From positions 1 to 52,403 of the forward strand of contig CAZHQC010000001.1 in NCBI GenBank assembly GCA_964534135.1: a DNA stretch of 52,403 nucleotides. The letters run 5' to 3'. The notes below the pieces were generated by a model. The model was not told the DNA's origin. It made no database searches and saw only the letters and a program-made list of their open reading frames with translations. Origin of the DNA: an uncultured Elusimicrobiaceae bacterium. Its GTDB lineage: Bacteria > Elusimicrobiota > Elusimicrobia > Elusimicrobiales > UBA9959. Numbering within the stretch: the first letter of the stretch is position 1; every line of letters starts with the position of its first letter. This document shows, in pieces, positions 1 through 7,779 of this stretch. Position numbers and translations under genes: made by a program.

Positions 1-80
1 TTCCCATTCTTCCTCCTTAAGTTTTCCACTTAAGAAAGATTTTAGCAAATTATGCTACTATTTAAGCGGTCAAAACACTA

Positions 81-241
81 GTTATATTTTACAATATGTG
101 ATACCGTAGTGTCGTTTTATTTTGTTAATTCAACCCCGCGGGTTTTCGCAATAACAACATTGACCCTAATCCGCGGGGGTTTTAATAAACGCGGTATTTC
201 GCGCGATTCTCTTTTGTCGTGAAACCTATGCGTTTTTTTTG
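81..241 (+). repeat. Copy A of a ~165-nt direct repeat (partner copy B at 4623-4787)
   Basis: First 18 nt (GTTATATTTTACAATATG) are identical to copy B. A variable 7 vs 11 nt follows, then 133 nt align without gaps with 15 mismatches (about 89% by hand alignment). Contains hairpins at 100-113 and at 132-142/171-181. Confidence 0.85.
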
Positions 242-455
242 TTTTGCCGGCGGAGTCCTAAGTTCGCGAATGGCGTCAAAAACAATTTTAAATTAAGTGT
301 CGTATTTGTTTTTTTAGAGATTTTATTTTGTTTCTCAGGTTCTTATAATTTTTCTGATTTCACTTGTTATCATATATGATATTATTTCAATGAAAGGACT
401 CATGCGGCGTGCGCAGGGAGCGAAACTTAAGGAATAAAGAAATTGTAATTATATT

Positions 456-3167
456 TTGATACGGAAAAAAATGAACGAACGAAAATTAAATCAAGAGCTT
501 GTCATTATCATTCTGCCTGACTATTCATTTGATATGGAATGGAGCAATACGGATGAAATGGTTAATAAAAACCGGCAAATATTACAGAGGGAATTATATA
601 AGCGATTTAAAAGCAATTTTAATTCTTTCCTTTTATATATGGGATTCTGCGATAAAATGATTCCGCTTAATGTCTCGATGGATTATTGGAGAGATTTTAC
701 CGGATTTTTTACTAAAAAATTGGCTCAAACTTCGGAAATTGAAAAATTAAGAGATAAAATAGATATTGTTTTGACAGAAGATGAATTGATGAAATTCTTG
801 GATAAAGTTCCGCTTATGCTCGGCGCCGAGTATATCAATAAGATATTTTTAACCGAGATATGGTCAAAATTAAATTCGGAATATCGAAAGGAAATCAAAG
901 TTTTTAAGGGAACGGTTTCTGATTTTATAAAAACCTATAGCCCCGATATTCATCTTGTCGGCAGAGTGTTTTTTCATCTTGTTGAAAGTAAAAAGGAAAA
1001 TTACCCTTTTGCGTTTTTAGCGACTTATTCGATTGAATTAAACAATCAAGGCAAATCGAAACATGTCCCATTAAAGTATGCGTTGACCGAGTATGAAAAA
1101 GACAGTGGTAAATTGCTTGATTTGCTTACCACCGTACAAACAGCCGCCAATGAAAGTCCACTTATCTCCAACCTTCTTGATTCAGGTGAAATTTTTCATC
1201 CGTTGGCATGGTCATCCAAAGAAGCGTTTGTTTTTTTAAAAGAGATTCCCCTTTATGAAAAATCGGGAGTTCTATGCAGAATTCCCAATTGGTGGAAAGG
1301 AAAAGCCGGCAATCTTCAGGTAAATGTCGGTATTGGAAATGCCAGCCCTTCATGTCTCGGTATGGATTCAATCCTTGATTTTAACGCCGAACTTTGTTTA
1401 GGCGATACTCCGATAACCGAAAAAGAAGCGAGGGATTTATTAAAAGAATCGGAAGGGCTTGCTTTTATTAAGGGCAAATGGATTGAAGTTGACAGGGAAA
1501 ACCTGCAAAAAACTCTTGAGGTTTATGAGAAAGCGCAAAAAATGATGGCTGAGGGCAACTTAACTTTGAAAGAAGCAATGCGATTGCAGTTAAGTTCTCA
1601 GAAACAATTGGGTTTATCGGACGGAGAAACCGCAATTAACATTACAAACGGAAAATGGCTGAAATCGATTATTGAGAAACTTACCAATCCCGAGTTAATT
1701 AATTCTGTAAGTCCGGGAAAAAATTTTAACGGGAAATTAAGGCCTTATCAGCAAAAAGGATTAAATTGGCTTTATTTCTTACACTCATTGCAGTTGGGCG
1801 CGTGTCTTGCCGATGATATGGGTCTTGGAAAAACCGTACAGTTATTGGCATTGTTGAATGCCTTGAAAACAAAAAAGCGGAATAAAGCCAGCATGCTTGT
1901 TCTGCCTGCGTCCATTCTTGCCAATTGGATTAGCGAGATAAATCATTTTGCGCCGGAAATTAAATTTCTAACGGTTCACCCGTCGTTGCATAATAAAGAG
2001 AAATACAATAATAGAATTGAAGGTTTTAACAAAAATAGTAAATCATTGAATCAATTAGACCTTATTATAACCACTTATGCTTTTGTTCAGAAATATGAAT
2101 GGATAAAATCATATAAATGGAATTACATTATTTTGGACGAAGCTCAAGCCATTAAGAACCCGTCAACCAAGCAAACAAAAGCCATTAAGCAACTCAAGTC
2201 AGTTAATAGGATAGTTATGACCGGAACACCTATAGAAAATAGATTATCCGACCTGTGGTCATTATTTGATTTTCTTAATCCAGGTCTGCTTGGAAACGCT
2301 AATGAATTTAACAGCTTTTCAAAAAAATTGCGGAAAAATATTAATGGTTATACCGGGCTAAAAAATATTATTAAACCTTATATTTTAAGAAGATTAAAAA
2401 CCGATAAATCAGTGATTTCGGATTTGCCGGAAAAAATTGAAATGAAGTCTTATTCCGAATTAAGCAAAAAGCAAACTGTATTATATAGTGATCTGGTTAA
2501 AAGTTTGGAAATAGTATTAGGAGAAAATCCGGACGGGATTAAGAGAAAGGGTCTTATACTGTCCAGCTTAATGAAGTTTAAACAGATTTGCAATCATCCC
2601 GACCAATATTTAGGAGGAGAAGAATATTCAGAAAATCATAGCGGGAAATTTGCGCGACTTCGTGAAATATGCGAAACAATTATGGAAAAACACGAAAAAG
2701 TTCTCATTTTTACACAATTCAAAGAGATAATTCCTCCTTTAAAACAGTATCTGGAAACAATATTTCAAAGGGAAGGTCTCCAATTGCATGGAGGCACACC
2801 GGTAAAAAAAAGAAAAAATATTATTGAACAATTTCAATCTCACCAATACATACCTTTTTTAATTCTATCTCTGAAAGCAGGGGGTGTGGGTTTAAATTTA
2901 ACGGCGGCAAGTCATGTGATTCATTTTGACAGATGGTGGAATCCTGCCGTAGAAAATCAGGCGACAGACAGGGCTTTTAGAATCGGTCAAAAAAGAAATG
3001 TCATTGTGCACAAATTTATAACTAAAGGGACTATTGAGGAAAAAATAGATATAATGCTTGAAGAAAAAGCAAGTTTCTCCAAAGAAATTATTCAAAGCTC
3101 TAATGAATCGTGGATAACAGAGATGGATAATAAAAAACTGTTTGATCTTTTTAAACTTGCTTTATAA
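456..3167 (+). CDS. SNF2-family (SF2) helicase/ATPase with a long N-terminal domain, YwqA-like
   Basis: 903-aa ORF. Helicase motifs are LADDMGLGKT (motif I), ILDEAQAIKN (motif II), MTGTPIENRL (motif III), GGVGLNLTAASHVIHFDRWWNP and QATDRAFRIGQ (motif VI). The ~430-aa N-terminal region is typical of bacterial SNF2 proteins paired with SWIM proteins. The track start 456 is TTG; ATG at 471 is an alternative start. Confidence 0.9.
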   Translation: MIRKKMNERKLNQELVIIILPDYSFDMEWSNTDEMVNKNRQILQRELYKRFKSNFNSFLLYMGFCDKMIPLNVSMDYWRDFTGFFTKKLAQTSEIEKLRDKIDIVLTEDELMKFLDKVPLMLGAEYINKIFLTEIWSKLNSEYRKEIKVFKGTVSDFIKTYSPDIHLVGRVFFHLVESKKENYPFAFLATYSIELNNQGKSKHVPLKYALTEYEKDSGKLLDLLTTVQTAANESPLISNLLDSGEIFHPLAWSSKEAFVFLKEIPLYEKSGVLCRIPNWWKGKAGNLQVNVGIGNASPSCLGMDSILDFNAELCLGDTPITEKEARDLLKESEGLAFIKGKWIEVDRENLQKTLEVYEKAQKMMAEGNLTLKEAMRLQLSSQKQLGLSDGETAINITNGKWLKSIIEKLTNPELINSVSPGKNFNGKLRPYQQKGLNWLYFLHSLQLGACLADDMGLGKTVQLLALLNALKTKKRNKASMLVLPASILANWISEINHFAPEIKFLTVHPSLHNKEKYNNRIEGFNKNSKSLNQLDLIITTYAFVQKYEWIKSYKWNYIILDEAQAIKNPSTKQTKAIKQLKSVNRIVMTGTPIENRLSDLWSLFDFLNPGLLGNANEFNSFSKKLRKNINGYTGLKNIIKPYILRRLKTDKSVISDLPEKIEMKSYSELSKKQTVLYSDLVKSLEIVLGENPDGIKRKGLILSSLMKFKQICNHPDQYLGGEEYSENHSGKFARLREICETIMEKHEKVLIFTQFKEIIPPLKQYLETIFQREGLQLHGGTPVKKRKNIIEQFQSHQYIPFLILSLKAGGVGLNLTAASHVIHFDRWWNPAVENQATDRAFRIGQKRNVIVHKFITKGTIEEKIDIMLEEKASFSKEIIQSSNESWITEMDNKKLFDLFKLAL

Positions 3168-3185
3168 AAATAATAAGGAGTGTTT

Positions 3186-4013
3186 GTGTCATATTATCAT
3201 AGATGGCCTCAATATATATCGGCAGCTCAAAAGAGGGCAAAAGCTCAAAAAAAATTGCAGCAATTAAGAAAAAAAAAGCTTGATATAAAGCCGGTGATTA
3301 TTGAAGGAAACTCTTTGGTGCATTCATGGTGGGGAAAAGCGTGGAATTCAAATCTTGAGAAATATGCCGATTATCACAATCGAATCAGCAGAGGCAGAAG
3401 TTATGTCAGAAACGGAAGTGTTTTAGATCTTCAAATAATGGCGGGAAAAGTTGAAGCCCTTGTTATGGGAACAGGAAGCAGGCCATATTCCGTTATAATC
3501 AAAATTAAGCCGATTAAAAAGACAGTCTTGAAACATATTCAGAAAATTTGTGAAGGCAAATTGGAATCATTGCAGGAACTATTATCAGGAAAGTTTCCCA
3601 AAACCTTAAGTGAAATATTTATGGCAAAAAGTTATGGTTTATTTCCTTCTCCTCGTGATATTGAATTTGACTGCAATTGTCCTGACTGGGCTAATATGTG
3701 CAAACATGTCGCGGCGGTTTTATACGGCATTGGCGTAAGATTTGATAAATCGCCGGAATTATTTTTTAAATTGCGAAAAATGAGAATGAACGATCTGATT
3801 ACAAAAGCTGTTCACGCAAAATCAAAACAATTACTGAAAAAATCTATGAGAAAAACCTCAAGAAAAATAGATGATTCGGAAATTGCTCATATTTTTAATA
3901 TTGATCTGGAAGATAATATTAAAATACCTAAATCAAAAACTTTAAAATCCAGAAAAAAAACTATCCGAAACAAGAAGAAAACAAGAATTAAAAAAAGAGT
4001 CATTTGTAAATAG
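3186..4013 (+). CDS. SWIM zinc-finger protein (YwqB-like) with a polybasic C-terminal tail
   Basis: CNCPDWANMCKH matches the CxCxnCxH SWIM signature. AAGGAG lies 5 nt upstream of GTG 3186, and the track start 3180 overlaps that SD. It follows the SNF2 stop by under 20 nt, so the two genes are probably co-translated. Confidence 0.85.
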   Translation: MSYYHRWPQYISAAQKRAKAQKKLQQLRKKKLDIKPVIIEGNSLVHSWWGKAWNSNLEKYADYHNRISRGRSYVRNGSVLDLQIMAGKVEALVMGTGSRPYSVIIKIKPIKKTVLKHIQKICEGKLESLQELLSGKFPKTLSEIFMAKSYGLFPSPRDIEFDCNCPDWANMCKHVAAVLYGIGVRFDKSPELFFKLRKMRMNDLITKAVHAKSKQLLKKSMRKTSRKIDDSEIAHIFNIDLEDNIKIPKSKTLKSRKKTIRNKKKTRIKKRVICK

Positions 4014-4041
4014 CGCGGAACGGTTATAGCGTGGCGACAAA

Positions 4042-4336
4042 TTAACGGTGAATAACAAACAGATTGGTCGTTTGTACAAATTCCGACAAGGCATAGCCTG
4101 CGGGTTCACCCCCATTTTGATGTTCCAAAATGGAACTTTAAGTTTTGAAATTCATCTGTTGTAAGGCGGAGCATAAAATCAGAAAGGAACCGTTTACGGT
4201 TTCTTGACACAGCTTTATTTAGATTTCTGGTAGATACTCTATATAAATCGGCCAAGTTTTTATTCAATATCACCTTGCAGCCGCGCAGAAGCAAAATTTT
4301 ATTTTCGATTATTTCAGTGGGGACAATATTTTTCAT
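4042..4336 (-). pseudogene. ORF6N/KilA-N-like DNA-binding domain gene remnant, truncated and probably frameshifted
   Basis: The 76-aa ORF (IENKILLLRGCKVILNKNLADLYRVSTRNLNKAVSRNRKRFLSDFMLRLTTDEFQNLKFHFGTSKWG) matches my recollection of the ORF6N domain N-terminal half and stops right after SKWG. Another frame continues with GEPAGYALSEFVQ, resembling the expected ...RYLPYAFTEQGV continuation. Confidence 0.55.
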
Positions 4337-4622
4337 AATTTATTTTCCTTGGTTCAACTTCAATAATGTTATTCAAGTACTATGCTACATTTTCTCCGCG
4401 ACAGCGTAGTGTCGCTTTGTTTTTATCTCAATGATAATTCTCCTTGACTTTAACAATTCTGCCACAGCCGGGACAGCGGCTTTTGCCGCATTGTCCGGTT
4501 CGGGAAAACGCAAATCGACATCTATTACTTTCTCTCTCTTGCGGAAATTCCAGGCTCAAATTTTATTTTCAGTGTGAAAGTGGCGTTTAGCCATGGTTTT
4601 ATTTTTTTATTCATCTTCCCTG

Positions 4623-4787
4623 GTTATATTTTACAATATGACCGCGACACTGTAGTGTCGCTTTATTTTATTAATTCAACCCTGCGGGTTTTCGCAATAA
4701 CAACATTGACCCTAACCCGCGGGGTTTTTAATAAACGCGGTATTTCGCATACTTCTCCTTTGCTGTAAATCCTATTCGTTTTTTTTG
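4623..4787 (+). repeat. Copy B of the ~165-nt direct repeat (partner copy A at 81-241)
   Basis: See copy A. Hairpins are GCGACAC-TGTA-GTGTCGC (4644-4661, followed by TTTATTTTA) and 4678-4688/4716-4726. The latter encloses the same TTTTCGCAATAACAACATTGACCCTAA loop as copy A. Confidence 0.85.
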
Positions 4788-4797
4788 CGATTGTCAA
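4769..4797 (-). promoter_or_regulatory. Sigma70-like promoter candidate TTGACA-17-TAGGAT reading leftward through repeat copy B
   Basis: On the minus strand, TTGACA lies at 4797-4792, followed by a 17-nt spacer and TAGGAT at 4774-4769. The -35 lies just outside the repeat, and copy A lacks a good -35. Confidence 0.35.
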
Positions 4798-4825
4798 AAA
4801 GATTTTGTTTTAAAATCCCCCTCGT

Positions 4826-4857
4826 TCCCCCTTTGTTAAAGGGGGATGGGTTTTTAT
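4826..4857 (+). terminator. Intrinsic-terminator-like hairpin upstream of ppdK
   Basis: TCCCCCTTT-GTT-AAAGGGGGA is a 9-bp G/C-rich stem (4826-4846) followed by TGGGTTTTTATT. Confidence 0.5.
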
Positions 4858-4980
4858 TCGTTATTCAGGTTTTGATGTGTAGCGATGCTTTGTTTGCAGT
4901 GCTCTCCCTATATATAGTATCATTACCTTAAGGGTCATTTGACTCTATCCACAATAATCCCATTAGGAGGGTATATATAT

Positions 4981-7779
4981 ATGCCAACTGCCACTATGAA
5001 AAAATCAAAACCATGTAAATCAGTATCTAAAAAACAGAAAATATCCAAAAAACTTGTTTATTTCTTCGGCGGAGGAAAAGCCGACGGCAATGGAACAATG
5101 AAAAATTTACTCGGCGGTAAAGGCGCAAATCTTGCCGAAATGGCGGGACATAAATCTTTAAGATTGCCCGTTCCCTCTGGTTTTACTCTTACAACCGAAA
5201 TTTGTACTTATTTCTGGGAAAATAAAAGAACCTATCCTTCAACTTTGAAAGCGGATGTTGCCAAGAATTTGAAAGGTATTGAGAAACTTACAAAAAAAGT
5301 TTTTGGTGATGCTAAAAATCCCCTTCTTGTTTCTGTTCGCTCTGGCGCCAGAGCTTCAATGCCCGGTATGATGGAAACCATTCTTAATGTTGGTCTAACA
5401 GAGAAAACAATCCCCGGTTTTATTAAACTTACCAATAATGCCAGATTTGTTTATGATTCCTATCGCAGACTGATTATGATGTACTCCGATGTGGTTATGG
5501 AAAAAGCCGCCGGCATAGAGCCCAAGAATGATAATGGTATTAGAAAACAGCTTGATGCTTTAATGAGCGCCATGAAAAAACGCAAAGGCGTTAAAGATGA
5601 TACCGGTCTTACCGCCGATGATCTTAAAGAGCTTTCAATTCAGTTTAAGGCGAGAGTTAAAAAAGTTCTTGGAAAGAATTTTCCCGACGATCACATGCAG
5701 CAATTATGGGGTTCAATCGGTGCGGTATTCGCTTCATGGAACGGTTCAAGAGCCATAGCCTACAGAAATATTGAAAACATTCCTCACGAATGGGGCACAG
5801 CTGTTAGCGTTCAAGCCATGATTTTCGGCAATATGGGTGAAGCTTGTGCCACAGGCGTTGCTTTTACCAGAAACCCCGGTAACGGCGATAATAAATTTTA
5901 CGGAGAATTTCTTGTAAATGCTCAAGGTGAAGATGTTGTTGCCGGAACAAGAACTCCTTCCCCCATTAATGAAGACAGTCGCAATGATCAGTCTAAGAAT
6001 TTAAAAAGTCTTCAGCAAATAATGCCTCCTATGTATAAACAGCTTGCTGCCATAAGAGCCAGACTTGAGAAGCATTATAAGGATATGCTTGATGTAGAAT
6101 TTACTATCGAGAATGGAGTTTTATATATGCTTCAATGCCGTGTGGGTAAAAGAAACGGACCCGCTGCTGTTAAAATGGCTACCGACATGCTTAAAGAAAA
6201 ACTTATAAAGAAAGAAGAAGCCGTTATGAGAGTTACCCCCGAGCAATTGGATGAATTATTGCATCCTATCATTGACCCGAAGGCTGAAGCTACTGCAAAA
6301 AAACTTGCCAAAGGTTTGCCCGCAGGCCCCGGTGGAGCTTTTGGACAAATTGTTTTTACTGCAAATGAAGCTGTTAAATGGGCTAAAGCCGGAAAAACGG
6401 TAATACTTGTCAGAGAAGAAACCAATCCTGAAGATGTTGAAGGTATGAGAGCCGCTCAAGCTGTTTTAACAGCCAGAGGCGGTATGACATCTCACGCGGC
6501 TTTGGTTGCCAGAGGCTGGGGTAAGTGTTGTATTGTTGGCTGTTCGGATATTGAAATAGATTTAAAAACCAAAAAAATGACCATTGCCGGTGCGAAGCTT
6601 TCCGAAGGAGATTGGATTACTTTAAACGGTTCCAAAGGTAATATTTACGCCGGTCAGTTGGAAATGGTTGAAGTTGGAGAAAACAATGAATCATTAAATG
6701 CTTTTTTGAAAGTTTGTGATTCGGTCAGAGCTTTAAAAGTCAGAAGCAATTCCGACACTCCCGCCGATGCCGGTATAGCCAGAAATTTTGGTGCTGAGGG
6801 AATAGGTCTTTTCAGAATGGAACATATGTTCTATGGCGAAAATTCCGAAGTTCCTCTTTTTAAATTAAGAAAGATGATAATGTCCAGTACTCTTAAAGAA
6901 AGACAAAAAGCTCTTAATGAACTTTTTCCTTATGTTAAGAAAGACATTAAAAAAACGCTTAAAGTTATGAAGGGTTATTCCGTTACAATGAGACTTATTG
7001 ATCCTCCTCTTCATGAGTTTGTTCCTCATCAAAAGAAGAGTCTTGAGGCGCTTGCCAAGAGTCTTAAGATATCTTTTGCTGAGCTTAATACAAGAGTTGA
7101 AGGCTTAAGAGAGTCCAATCCCATGATGGGACATAGAGGCGTCAGACTTGGCGTAACCTATCCTGAAATAACCGAGATGCAGGCAAAAGCCATATTTGAA
7201 GCCGCCGCTGAGCTCGCGAAAGAAGGAATTGATGTTAATCCTGAGATAATGATTCCTGTTGTTTCCGTTGAAACTGAGGTTGAAAATCAGGCTGATATCA
7301 TCAAAAGAGTTTATGCTGAAGTCTTAAAGAAAAAAGGCATTAGGAAAATTACTCATATGGTCGGAACAATGATAGAAATTCCTCGAGCTTGTTTAGTTGC
7401 TGATAAATTGGCGAAAAGCATGGAGTTCTTCTCTTTTGGAACCAATGACCTTACACAAATGGGTTTTGGTTATTCAAGAGATGATTCCGGCGCTTTCTTA
7501 AAAGATTATGTAGCTCAAGGCCTTTTAGCCGCCGATCCTTTTCAGACTTTAGATCAGGAAGGTATAGGAGAGCTCGTTAAAATCGCCGTCAAAAGAGGAC
7601 GGAGCGAACGCGCTAAATTAAAAATCGGTATTTGTGGCGAACATGGCGGAGATCCCAAGAGTGTTCACTTCTGCCATAAAGCGGGTCTTAATTATGTTTC
7701 CTGCTCTCCTTTCAGAGTGCCTATTGCCGTTCTATCTTCAGCACAGGCTCAAATCCTGAATCCGAGAAAAAAGAAATAA
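4981..7779 (+). CDS. ppdK: Pyruvate, phosphate dikinase
   Basis: Contains LLGGKGANLAEM near the N-terminus, the phospho-histidine motif GGMTSHAALVARGWGKCCIVG, and a PEP-utilising C-terminal domain (GICGEHGGDP). AGGAGG lies 10 nt upstream of ATG 4981, so the track start 4939 (TTG) is probably too early. Confidence 0.95.
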   Translation: MPTATMKKSKPCKSVSKKQKISKKLVYFFGGGKADGNGTMKNLLGGKGANLAEMAGHKSLRLPVPSGFTLTTEICTYFWENKRTYPSTLKADVAKNLKGIEKLTKKVFGDAKNPLLVSVRSGARASMPGMMETILNVGLTEKTIPGFIKLTNNARFVYDSYRRLIMMYSDVVMEKAAGIEPKNDNGIRKQLDALMSAMKKRKGVKDDTGLTADDLKELSIQFKARVKKVLGKNFPDDHMQQLWGSIGAVFASWNGSRAIAYRNIENIPHEWGTAVSVQAMIFGNMGEACATGVAFTRNPGNGDNKFYGEFLVNAQGEDVVAGTRTPSPINEDSRNDQSKNLKSLQQIMPPMYKQLAAIRARLEKHYKDMLDVEFTIENGVLYMLQCRVGKRNGPAAVKMATDMLKEKLIKKEEAVMRVTPEQLDELLHPIIDPKAEATAKKLAKGLPAGPGGAFGQIVFTANEAVKWAKAGKTVILVREETNPEDVEGMRAAQAVLTARGGMTSHAALVARGWGKCCIVGCSDIEIDLKTKKMTIAGAKLSEGDWITLNGSKGNIYAGQLEMVEVGENNESLNAFLKVCDSVRALKVRSNSDTPADAGIARNFGAEGIGLFRMEHMFYGENSEVPLFKLRKMIMSSTLKERQKALNELFPYVKKDIKKTLKVMKGYSVTMRLIDPPLHEFVPHQKKSLEALAKSLKISFAELNTRVEGLRESNPMMGHRGVRLGVTYPEITEMQAKAIFEAAAELAKEGIDVNPEIMIPVVSVETEVENQADIIKRVYAEVLKKKGIRKITHMVGTMIEIPRACLVADKLAKSMEFFSFGTNDLTQMGFGYSRDDSGAFLKDYVAQGLLAADPFQTLDQEGIGELVKIAVKRGRSERAKLKIGICGEHGGDPKSVHFCHKAGLNYVSCSPFRVPIAVLSSAQAQILNPRKKK

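Noticed and set aside
132-181. The CAACCCCGCGGG... stem-loop as an NAD+-I (nadA-motif) or other known riboswitch.
   Set aside because: There is only a superficial CAACCCC resemblance. The gene context (SNF2 helicase, ppdK) is wrong, and I cannot reproduce the full consensus from memory.
109-222. A 37-codon ORF (GTG...stop) is open in both repeat copies (109-222 and 4655-4768) with identical length: MS(F/L)YF(V/I)NST(P/L)RVFAITTLTL(I/T)RG(G/V)FNKRGIS...
   Set aside because: All 12 nucleotide differences inside the ORF change the amino acid and none is synonymous. There is no SD before the GTG, and the GTG lies inside a hairpin stem. Conservation is better explained at the DNA/RNA level.
4574-4768. 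The 64-aa track ORF on the + strand spanning repeat copy B.
   Set aside because: It is an artefact of the open frame in the repeat. The upstream part is not open in copy A, where a TAG lies just before the repeat head in that frame, and it has no SD.
81-4787. The two repeat copies as a DGR template/variable repeat pair, or as integron attC sites.
   Set aside because: Mismatches are not adenine-specific (they include T/C, G/A, C/T and G/T changes). No reverse transcriptase or integron integrase is in the window. The palindrome ends (CAACCCC...GGGGTTTTAA) do not fit the RYYYAAC/GTTRRRY attC cores.
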